Origin: Myxococcales bacterium
GTDB taxonomy: Bacteria; Myxococcota_A; UBA9042; JABWCM01; BTVJ01
Assembly (NCBI GenBank): GCA_045863395.1
Contig: BTVJ01000014.1
Location: 75,309-139,308, forward strand
DNA length: 64,000 bases
Direction of reading: 5' to 3'
Shown: piece by piece, positions 44,640 to 56,723 of the stretch
Position numbering within the stretch: the stretch's first letter is position 1
Layout: every line of letters starts with the position of its first letter
Notes under the pieces: generated by a model
What the model saw: only the letters and a program-made list of their open reading frames with translations
What the model was told of the DNA's origin: nothing
Database searches by the model: none
Made by a program: the position numbers and the translations under genes

Positions 44640-46940
44640 ATGCTGCGCCGCTTCGCCACGTCCCTCCTCCTGCGCCGCGTCCCCGTGGTGCTCGCCGTCG
44701 CCGCTGTGGTCGCGTGGCTCGGGCTGACCTCGCGGGACCTCGGCTTCGACTACTCTCCCCAGGCCATCTTCGAGACCGGCGACGACGACGACCGGTTCCT
44801 GCACGAGGTGACCGCCACCTTCGGGTCCGGCGACGGCATGATCCTGCTCGTCGTCTCGAGAGCGGACGGGGTCCTCCACCGCCCGACCCTGGAGTGGGTG
44901 CGCGATCTGACCCTGCGCCTGCGCCTGGAGCCGTGGGCGAAGCGCGTCGAGAGCCTGCCGACCCTGGCGCTCCCCGTGCCCCCCGAGACCGACGAGGACG
45001 ACCTGCGGGTCGAGCCCCTGGGCGTGGACGTCGGCGAGGCCCGCGTGGCAGGCGACCCGGCCGTCGATGGGCTGCTGGTCAGCCGGGACCGCACGGCGAC
45101 GGTGATCCTCCTGGAGCTGCGGGACGACCTGCGCCAGGTGGACGCCATGAAGGCGCCGGTGGAGCGGGCGGAGGCGCTCGCCGCAGACCACCCGGCCGAC
45201 GTGACGGTCCAACCTTACGGCTTGCCGACCCTGCGCGTGAAGGGCGTCGACATGCTCCGCGAGGACCAGCGGGTCATGCTGCCTCTCGTGACGGGGCTCT
45301 TCACGGTCGCCCTGTTCCTGCTCTTCCGCGGGCGCCCGGTGGCCGCCATCGCGCCGCTGGTCGCCGTCGGCGCGACCCTGCTGTGCGTCGGCGGCGTGAT
45401 GACGTTGACCGGCCGCCCGGTGGACATCCTGAGCAACGTGCTCCCGGTGATGCTCTTCGCCATCGGGGTGTCCGACGCCGTGCACCTCATGTCCCGCGCC
45501 GCCGAGGAGCACGCGGCGCCAACCTCGGACGCGCCCCCGCTGGTCACCGCCGTCGAGCGCCTGACCGTCGCGTGCTTCATGACGAGCTTCACGACGGCGG
45601 TGGGCTTCGCGTCGCTGCTGACGAGCCGCACCGCGGTCCTCCGCGGCTTTGCCTGGGTGGCCGCCGTGGGGGTGGTCCTGGCCTACGTGCTCACCATCCT
45701 GCTCGTGCCGCCCCTGCTGTCGTGGTTCCGCTCACTGCGCCTCCCGTCGGAGGCCCCCAAGCGCCTCCCGGCGCTCCTCTCGGCGCTGGGGCGGTCCGTA
45801 GGAGCCCACCCGTGGTGGTGGCTGGCCGGCGGGGTCGCGATGGCGGCCGTCGCTGCCGTCGGGGCCTCCCGCGTCGTCATCGACAACCGCGTCCACGGCC
45901 CCTTCCGGCCGGACTCGGAGCTGTTCCAGAGCCAGATGCGCGCGGAGCAGGCGGTCGGCGGTCTCCTGCCCCTGGTGGTCAGCGTGCGTGCCCGTGAACC
46001 CTATGGCCTGCGAGACCCGGAGGTCCTGCGCCGCGTCTGGGCAATGCAGGCGGAGCTGGAGGGGCGCCCCGGCGTCGGACCGACCCTGTCGCCGGCGACC
46101 CTGGTGCGCTCCCTCTGGGTGGCGTTCCAGGGCGTGGCGCCGCCGGGCGACGATCCCCTGGCGGACCCGAACCTGCCCCGGACGAGCGAGGAGCTCGCGC
46201 AGATCCTCCTGCTGGGCGATCTGGGGGGCGGGCTGGACTGGGACCGCGTGGTGGACGAGGAGTGGACCTGGCTGCGCATCGTCACGCGCCTGGAGGATCG
46301 GGGCAGCCGGCACTACCTGGGCATGTACGATGACCTGCAGACCCACCTGGACCGGCTGTTCGGCGACCTGCCGGGCATCGAGGTCCGCCTGACGGGGGAG
46401 GGCTACGTGGCGGCCCGGGCCCTCGACTACTTCATCTGGGATCTGCTCGACTCCCTGGCGCTCGCGGCGGTCGTGATCTTCGGGGCGATGGCCCTCCAGC
46501 TCCGCTCGGCGCGCCACGCCGCCATCGCGGTGCTCCCGAACGCCTTCCCCCTGCTGTGCGCGTTCGGCGCCATGGGCTTCGGCGGCATCCCGCTCAACGC
46601 GACCACCGTGATCACCTTCGCCATCGCGCTGGGCATCGCGGTGGACGACACCATCCACCTGCTGACCCGCTACCACGAGGAGCGCCGCGGGACCCCCGAC
46701 GTGCGGGAGGCGGTGCGCCGCGCCCTGGTGGGGTCTGGGCGCCCCGTCGTCATGACGACGCTGCTGCTCGTCGCAGGGCTCTCCGTCCTGCTGGCCAGCG
46801 AGTTCCTGGCGACCAGGCGCTTCGGCGGCCTGCTGATGACCGCCATCGCCTCGGCGCTGCCGGCGGACCTGATCGTGCTGCCTGCGCTCCTCGTCCTGGT
46901 GGACGGGCGCAAGGCTCGCAAGGGCCGCAAGGGGGCGTGA
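44640..46940 (+). CDS. MMPL/RND family exporter
   Basis: Two repeats of TM + periplasmic loop + TM bundle; AIGVSDAVH, TTAVGF, GIAVDDTIH. Confidence 0.92.
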   Translation: MLRRFATSLLLRRVPVVLAVAAVVAWLGLTSRDLGFDYSPQAIFETGDDDDRFLHEVTATFGSGDGMILLVVSRADGVLHRPTLEWVRDLTLRLRLEPWAKRVESLPTLALPVPPETDEDDLRVEPLGVDVGEARVAGDPAVDGLLVSRDRTATVILLELRDDLRQVDAMKAPVERAEALAADHPADVTVQPYGLPTLRVKGVDMLREDQRVMLPLVTGLFTVALFLLFRGRPVAAIAPLVAVGATLLCVGGVMTLTGRPVDILSNVLPVMLFAIGVSDAVHLMSRAAEEHAAPTSDAPPLVTAVERLTVACFMTSFTTAVGFASLLTSRTAVLRGFAWVAAVGVVLAYVLTILLVPPLLSWFRSLRLPSEAPKRLPALLSALGRSVGAHPWWWLAGGVAMAAVAAVGASRVVIDNRVHGPFRPDSELFQSQMRAEQAVGGLLPLVVSVRAREPYGLRDPEVLRRVWAMQAELEGRPGVGPTLSPATLVRSLWVAFQGVAPPGDDPLADPNLPRTSEELAQILLLGDLGGGLDWDRVVDEEWTWLRIVTRLEDRGSRHYLGMYDDLQTHLDRLFGDLPGIEVRLTGEGYVAARALDYFIWDLLDSLALAAVVIFGAMALQLRSARHAAIAVLPNAFPLLCAFGAMGFGGIPLNATTVITFAIALGIAVDDTIHLLTRYHEERRGTPDVREAVRRALVGSGRPVVMTTLLLVAGLSVLLASEFLATRRFGGLLMTAIASALPADLIVLPALLVLVDGRKARKGRKGA

Positions 46941-47133
46941 GGGCACGCGGCGGGCGCGGCGCGGCATCTCCAGGGGCGCCGACGAGAATGCTTGACGAGC
47001 GGCCGGGTTTCGGGCCTATACTCCGCTCGCGAAACGCCCCCCCATGGCGGGCGGACCAAACGAGAGAGCCCACTGACCGCGCCGGGATGCCGGCGCAGAA
47101 CCATCGTTGACAGAAGATTCAAGGAGGAGTCCC

Positions 47134-47337
47134 ATGGCCCGCGCGTTCACCAAGACGAAGGCAATCCTTCCCGTGCTGTTTGGGCTGCTGTTCCTGGGCG
47201 GCGCCCTGGCGGGCTGCGGCGGTACCTACACCCCCAGGTCGGACGGCCAGTGCAACAAGGGCCGCGTCTGGGTCCCGCCCGTGAAGAACGAGGCGGGCGA
47301 GTGGACGGCCGGCTACTGCAAGTGGGAGAACCAGTAG
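47134..47337 (+). CDS. Small lipoprotein (67 aa)
   Basis: AAGGAGG RBS; lipobox ALAG-C; mature part C..GRVWVPP...GEWTAGYC. Confidence 0.75.
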   Translation: MARAFTKTKAILPVLFGLLFLGGALAGCGGTYTPRSDGQCNKGRVWVPPVKNEAGEWTAGYCKWENQ

Positions 47338-47344
47338 TCTCCCG

Positions 47345-47367
47345 GTGGCGCGGCCCTGTCGCGCCAC
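47345..47367 (+). terminator. GC-rich hairpin after the small lipoprotein gene
   Basis: GTGGCGCG-N7-CGCGCCAC; lacks a U tract. Confidence 0.3.
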
Positions 47368-47578
47368 ATCCGCACGACCTGCCCGGGTCTCCGCGCCCAG
47401 GCCACGAAGAGAGCCTCGCTGCATCTGCGGCGGGGCTCTCGTGCGTTCGGGGGCCCGGATCGCTGGAGTCGTGAGGCGCCCCCGGGGCAGCGACCAGGGT
47501 GCCGCACGGGCCCGAGATCCTGAATCGGCAGGCCCGGTGTAAGCGCGGGCTGCAGCCGACCGTTGGAGCGAGAGGTCC

Positions 47579-48169
47579 GTGGACGCGGCGGAGACACAAC
47601 GGTGGGAGCGAGCGCTGGTCGCACGGATGCGGCGCGGCGACACGAGCGCCTTCGCGGAGCTCTACCGGGAGTACGCGCGCCCCCTCTACGGCCGCGTGCT
47701 GCTGCCGCGCCTCGGCGACGCCGCTGCCGCCGAGGACGCGCTCTCGGAGACCTTCCGGACGGTGTTCGAGCGCATCGACCGCTACGAGGACCAGGGCAAG
47801 GGCATCTGGAGCTGGATCGTGCGCATCGCAGTCAACAAGGCGATGGACATGCACCGGGCGAGCGCCCGGTCGGGGAGGGTGCTGGCGAGCTGGGAGGGGC
47901 TCGTCGCTCCTCTGCGCGAGCCCGAGGAGCACCCCGTGGAGCGGGCGGAGGTCACACAGGAGGCGAGCCGCGTGCGCGACCTCGTGCGCGCCGTGCTGTC
48001 GCGCATCAACCCGCGGTACCGCCGCGCTATCGAGCTGCGCATCCTGGACGAGCTGCCCCGGGAGGAGTGCGCCCGGGAGCTGGACGTGAAGACCGGGACC
48101 TTCGACGTGGTGGTGCTGCGTGCGCTGCGGGCCTTCCGCAAGGAGTGGGAGGCGGAGGTGGACCGATGA
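47579..48169 (+). CDS. ECF RNA polymerase sigma factor
   Basis: GDTSAFAELY, AEDALSETF, SWIVRIAVNKAMD, region-4 HTH (REECARELDVKTGT). Confidence 0.92.
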   Translation: MDAAETQRWERALVARMRRGDTSAFAELYREYARPLYGRVLLPRLGDAAAAEDALSETFRTVFERIDRYEDQGKGIWSWIVRIAVNKAMDMHRASARSGRVLASWEGLVAPLREPEEHPVERAEVTQEASRVRDLVRAVLSRINPRYRRAIELRILDELPREECARELDVKTGTFDVVVLRALRAFRKEWEAEVDR

Positions 48170-48597
48170 CGGGCGACGTGGATCCTCGGGAGGAGCAGGA
48201 GGCCGCGGCCCTGGCCGCTGCGCTCGCGGGGGAGGGCCCGAGGGGGGCGCCGCCGGACGCCCTGGAGGCCGCCGCCCTGGTCCGCCACGGGGGCGCGGAG
48301 CTCTCGGCGGCGCGGAGCGAGGCGATCCTCGATGAGCTGCTCGCCTCCGTTCGTCCGCGGCGCCGGCAGGCGCGGTGGCTGTGGTGGCTCGCCCCGATCG
48401 CGGCGACCGTGGCCGTCGTCCTGGCGCTCCCGGGCGTGCCCGAGCCCACGCCGCTGCCCTCTCCGGGGTTGGCGCTCCTGGAGGCGCAGGGCGCCGCCCT
48501 GAGAGCTGGTGACCGGGCGACACTCCTGGCGGGGATGGGTGCCTATCGTCGTGACGTCCACGCGGCGCTGCGCGGGCGCTACGGAGGGACGCGATGA
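48166..48597 (+). CDS. Putative single-TM anti-sigma factor
   Basis: ATGA overlap with the sigma gene; RRR followed by TM WLWWLAPIAATVAVVLAL. Confidence 0.65.
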   Translation: MTGDVDPREEQEAAALAAALAGEGPRGAPPDALEAAALVRHGGAELSAARSEAILDELLASVRPRRRQARWLWWLAPIAATVAVVLALPGVPEPTPLPSPGLALLEAQGAALRAGDRATLLAGMGAYRRDVHAALRGRYGGTR

Positions 48598-49061
48598 GCC
48601 GCGCCCACCTGGTGCTGCTGCTCGCGCTGCTCACCGCCTGCTCGTCCTCGGACCAGGCGGCGCGGTGGGTCGAGGCGCTGGAGCGCGGCACGGCCGAGGC
48701 GGACGAGGCGCTCGCGTCGGGCGACGTCGCAGCGGCACGGGCGGCGCTGGAGGGCGTCGTTCGTCTGGAGGCTCCTCGCTCCGTCGCACCGGACGACGCC
48801 CGCGTCGTTGCCCAGGACGCGACCTGGCGCCTCGCGCTCCTGACCTTGGACACGCCGTCTGAGGCGCTCCGGTGGGCCGATCTGGGATTGTCTCGCGGCG
48901 GCGCCGGCGACCTGTTCCACGCCAACCTGCTCTCCGCCCGGGGGGCGGCGCTGGAGGCCCTCGGGCGGGATGTGGAGGCCGCGCGCGACTACCACGAGGC
49001 GCTGCTGATCAACGAGGCGCTGGTCGACCGGGCCCTCGCCCGGCTGGAGGAGGCCCCATGA
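48594..49061 (+). CDS. TPR-like lipoprotein
   Basis: Lipobox LLTA-C; RGAALEALGR..EAARDYHEAL; ATGA overlap. Confidence 0.72.
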   Translation: MSRAHLVLLLALLTACSSSDQAARWVEALERGTAEADEALASGDVAAARAALEGVVRLEAPRSVAPDDARVVAQDATWRLALLTLDTPSEALRWADLGLSRGGAGDLFHANLLSARGAALEALGRDVEAARDYHEALLINEALVDRALARLEEAP

Positions 49062-49432
49062 CGCGCCTGCTGCTCGCCCTCACCCTGCTGGGCACGGGCT
49101 GCGCCGCGGGTCCGCGGTCCACGGTACCCGACCCGGCGCCCGTCGCCGCGCAGGCGGACCGCGACCTGCTGCTCCTGGAGGCCTTGGAGGCGCAGCTCGA
49201 CGCGGCACTGGCGGAGCCCCCGCTGGCGCCCCGCCCGGCCCCCGCGGAGGACCCGTGCCCCTTCGTGTGCGCGCGCCAGGAGGCGATCTGCGACCTGACG
49301 TCCCGCATCTGCGCCCTCTCCGACCGGAATGATCGCGCGCCCGAGCTGGAGCTGCGCTGCGGCGACGCCCGGAGGCGCTGCCAGTCGGCCCGCGCGCGGG
49401 TCACGGAGCACTGCGCCTGCCCCGAGCCATGA
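49058..49432 (+). CDS. Cys-rich helical lipoprotein
   Basis: Lipobox LGTG-C; CPFVC..AIC...RIC...C..ARRRC...CAC; ATGA overlap. Confidence 0.7.
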   Translation: MTRLLLALTLLGTGCAAGPRSTVPDPAPVAAQADRDLLLLEALEAQLDAALAEPPLAPRPAPAEDPCPFVCARQEAICDLTSRICALSDRNDRAPELELRCGDARRRCQSARARVTEHCACPEP

Positions 49433-49503
49433 CCCCCTCGGATCGTTGACGCCGTTGGGCAGGCGCCTATGTGTGTGACGGGGACCACACGCGGAGGTGC
49501 GCA

Positions 49504-49917
49504 ATGCCCGAGAGCATCCGAAGGGTCGACTACTTCTACGCAACCGTCCATGATCGGCCCGGCGAGGCCTACCGGCTGCTGTGCCACATCGCGCGCTTCG
49601 AGGTGAACCTCCTCGCGTTCGATGCCATCCCGACGGGGCCGGACCACACCCAGGTGGTGCTCTTCCCCGAGTCGACGGAGCAGCTCCTGGCCGCCGCCGA
49701 GCGCGCAGGGATCTCGCTGTCCGAGCCCCAGCACGCCCTGCTGGTCCAGGGCTCGGACCGCTTCGGCGCCCTGGTGGACGTCCACCGCAAGCTCACCGAC
49801 GCGAACGTGAACGTCTACGCCTCCCATGGGGTGGTCGGCGGCAACGGCGGCTATGGCTACGTGATCTACGTGAGGCCCGCGGAGTTCGAGGTCGCGGCGG
49901 CCGCGCTCGGGGTCTGA
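49504..49917 (+). CDS. Tandem ACT-domain protein
   Basis: VHDRPG...VNL and SDRFG...VNV; GGAGG RBS; upstream TTGACG-N16-TATGTG. Confidence 0.78.
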   Translation: MPESIRRVDYFYATVHDRPGEAYRLLCHIARFEVNLLAFDAIPTGPDHTQVVLFPESTEQLLAAAERAGISLSEPQHALLVQGSDRFGALVDVHRKLTDANVNVYASHGVVGGNGGYGYVIYVRPAEFEVAAAALGV

Positions 49918-49932
49918 CGCCCCAGCGGAGCC

Positions 49933-51225
49933 TCACCGACTGCGCGCGCGGTCCAGCAGCATACGGGCGGCGTCACGGCTCGCCGCCACGGGGTGGGTCG
50001 ACTCCGCCGCCTCCAGCTCCACGATGGCCTCGGCCTTGCGGCCCGCGTCGAGGAGGGCCGACCCCCGCGAGAGGCGCACCTCGGGGGCCATGGCGGCGTG
50101 AGGCCACAGCTCCAGGTAGAGGCCGCACACGTCGATGGCGCGGGTGGCCTGCTCCCGGTCGCGGGTCTTGCGGTGCTCGGAGACCCAGTCCACGCAGATC
50201 TGGCGCACCAGGGTCTCGGCGGCGGCGTCGGGGCCGGCCAGGTCCGCTTGGGTCACGTCCTTGGAGGGGCGCGCCCCCTTGATCAGTCGGGTGAGCTCGT
50301 CGATGGCGCTCACCGTGCCCCGCAGGTCACCCATGGCCAGGGTGCCCCGAACCACCCTGACCAGCAGGTCCACGCGCTCGGGGATGGCGGCGCGCTCGAC
50401 GAGCGCCCTCCACTGGCGGATGGCGTGCTGCGTGCGGCCCTGCTGGTCGTAGGAGTCGGCGAGGCGCAGGAGCATGGGGCGCTCGCGGCCCGGGAAGCGC
50501 TCCGCCACGCGCTTCGGTGCGTCGGCGGGGTCGGAGGCGGCGGCGTAGGCGAACACCCAGTCCTTCTCGGCCTCGGCGCGGACCTTGAGCAGGTAGGGGT
50601 CTGTCCCCGGTGCATCCAGGAGCGCCTCGAAGTCGGCGAGCGCCGCCGCGAAGTCGCCCAGGTTCACGTGGCACCACCCGCGGCGGTAGACGGCCCAGGG
50701 CCACAGCCGCGAACCCGGCCCCGCCTTGGCCGCCATGTCGTAGGCGTGGAGCGCCTTGTCGAGCCCCGCCTGGTCGAACCACAGATCGCCGATGCGACTC
50801 CAGGCGTCCTGCGCGGCCGGGGTGCTGCCGTGGCTCTTCGTGACGTCGTCCCACCGCGCCAGCGCCTCCGAGCGACGGTTGAGCCCTGCCAACGCCTCGC
50901 CCTCCAGCAGCAGGACCTCCGCCAGGCGCGCGTAGCCAGGGGACCCCTCACGCAGCCCCTTGGCCACCTCCACGGCCCGCGCCCTGTAGGTCGAGCCCTT
51001 TGCGTTGGGCCCCGCAACCTGCGCGGCGGTGACCAGGGCGTCCACCAGCTTGTGCAGCAGCTCGCCCCGGTCTGCGTCCGCCGGCGCCTTCGCCGCGGCC
51101 TCGGCGGCCTCCACGGCGGCGTCGGCCTCCTCGGCGGTGGGGAGGCCCGCGGCCCTTCCGGGGGTCACGGGGCTGGCGTGGGCGATGCCCCAGGTGAGGG
51201 CGAGGGCGACTACGATGCGGACCAT
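49933..51225 (-). CDS. Exported TPR protein
   Basis: Signal peptide (AHA-SP); TPR units (AWSRIGDLWF, AVYRRGWCHVNLGDF); AGGAGG RBS. Confidence 0.8.
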   Translation of the reverse strand: MVRIVVALALTWGIAHASPVTPGRAAGLPTAEEADAAVEAAEAAAKAPADADRGELLHKLVDALVTAAQVAGPNAKGSTYRARAVEVAKGLREGSPGYARLAEVLLLEGEALAGLNRRSEALARWDDVTKSHGSTPAAQDAWSRIGDLWFDQAGLDKALHAYDMAAKAGPGSRLWPWAVYRRGWCHVNLGDFAAALADFEALLDAPGTDPYLLKVRAEAEKDWVFAYAAASDPADAPKRVAERFPGRERPMLLRLADSYDQQGRTQHAIRQWRALVERAAIPERVDLLVRVVRGTLAMGDLRGTVSAIDELTRLIKGARPSKDVTQADLAGPDAAAETLVRQICVDWVSEHRKTRDREQATRAIDVCGLYLELWPHAAMAPEVRLSRGSALLDAGRKAEAIVELEAAESTHPVAASRDAARMLLDRARSR

Positions 51226-51273
51226 GGGGGGCCTCCTGGCGTTCTGCGTGCGAAGCCCCCCTCGGCCACACGA

Positions 51274-52650
51274 TCAGATGTGGATGGTCCGCCCGTCAAC
51301 CGCGAGGGCCGCCTCCTTGATGACCTCCGCGAGGGTCGGGTGCGCATGGACCGCGCGCGCGATGTCCTCGGAGCTCGCCGAGAACTCGACGGCCACGGCG
51401 ACCTCGGCGATGAGGTCGCCAGCCCTCGGGCCGAGGATGTGCACACCCAGCACCCGATCCGTCCGCGCATCCGCCAGGATCTTGACGAAGCCGTCCGTCT
51501 GGTTGAGCGCCTTGGCGCGCCCGTTGGCCATGAAGGGGAAGCTGCCCGCCTTGTACTCGACGCCCGCGGCCTTGAGCTCCTCCTCGGTGCGCCCGACGGA
51601 CGCGATCTCGGGGTGGGTGTAGACCACGCTCGGGATGGCGTCGTAGTTGACGTGACCGAAGCCCGTCACCAGGTGCTCCACGCAGGCGACGCCCTCCTCG
51701 GAGGCCTTGTGCGCCAGCATGGGCCCGGCGATGACGTCGCCGACGGCGTAGACGCCCGGCGCCGAGGTCTCGAAGTGTGCACCCACGGGGATGCGGCCCT
51801 TCCCGTCGAGGGCGACGCCCACCGACTCCAGCCCCAGATCGTCGGTGTTGGGGACGCGCCCCACCGCGAGCAGGACGCGGTCGCACCGGATGGGGTCCGC
51901 GCCATCCATCGTGACGATACATTCGTCATTCTCGACTATTGCACCAGTGACCTTCACGCCGAGCTTGAACTCGAAGCCCTGCTTCTTGAACAGGGCCTGG
52001 GCCTTGGTGGCGACCTCCTCATCCATGCCCGGGAGGATCCGCGGCAGGTACTCGAGGACCGTGACCTTCGCCCCGAGGCGGCGCCACACGGAGCCCAGCT
52101 CCAGGCCGATGACGCCCGCCCCGATGACGACCAGGTGCCCCGGCACGCTCGGGTAGCACAGCGCCTCCGTGCTGGTGCCGATGCGGTCGCCGTCGAGCTC
52201 CACCCCGCGCAGGGTCGCCACGCGGCTCCCGGTCGCCACGAGGATGTGCTTCGCGACGAGGGTCCGGTCGCCGACCGTGACGCGCCCTGGGCCCACGATG
52301 CGGCCGTGCCCTTCGTAGCGTGTGACCCCGTTCTTCTTGAACAGCCCCCCGACGCCGCCGGTGAGGGCCTTCACGATCTGGTCCTTCCTTCGGAGCATGG
52401 CCGCGAGATCGAGGGTGACGCCCTCGACGCCGATGCCGTGGCGCCCGAGGTCGTGCCTCGTGTGGTCGTAGAGCTCGCTCGACTCCAGCAGCGCCTTGCT
52501 GGGGATGCAGCCCACCCGCAGGCAGGTGCCCCCGAGGGCCGGCTCCGCCTCGATGCAGGCGACGTCCAGCCCGAGCTGGGCGCCCCGGATGGCGGCGACG
52601 TAGCCGCCCGGGCCCGCGCCGATGACCACGAGGTCGTGTCTGGTCTCCAT
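51274..52650 (-). CDS. lpdA: Dihydrolipoyl dehydrogenase (E3)
   Basis: GAGPGG, GGTCLRVGCIPSK, GAGVIG, HAHPTLAE. Confidence 0.98.
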   Translation of the reverse strand: METRHDLVVIGAGPGGYVAAIRGAQLGLDVACIEAEPALGGTCLRVGCIPSKALLESSELYDHTRHDLGRHGIGVEGVTLDLAAMLRRKDQIVKALTGGVGGLFKKNGVTRYEGHGRIVGPGRVTVGDRTLVAKHILVATGSRVATLRGVELDGDRIGTSTEALCYPSVPGHLVVIGAGVIGLELGSVWRRLGAKVTVLEYLPRILPGMDEEVATKAQALFKKQGFEFKLGVKVTGAIVENDECIVTMDGADPIRCDRVLLAVGRVPNTDDLGLESVGVALDGKGRIPVGAHFETSAPGVYAVGDVIAGPMLAHKASEEGVACVEHLVTGFGHVNYDAIPSVVYTHPEIASVGRTEEELKAAGVEYKAGSFPFMANGRAKALNQTDGFVKILADARTDRVLGVHILGPRAGDLIAEVAVAVEFSASSEDIARAVHAHPTLAEVIKEAALAVDGRTIHI

Positions 52651-52652
52651 GT

Positions 52653-53834
<1,182 letters not shown>

Positions 53835-53845
53835 GCGACGCTCCT

Positions 53846-56638
<2,793 letters not shown>

Positions 56639-56723
56639 GCACATGCCCTTGTCTGATGCCGGGCGCCGCGGCCCGTCGACAAGAGCTGCTGCGCCGACGC
56701 GCCTCCTGCGCGGGCGCCCTACG

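Noticed and set aside
51910..51950. Fur box or dif site in the lpdA AT-rich patch
   Set aside because: Too few matches to either consensus and poor symmetry.
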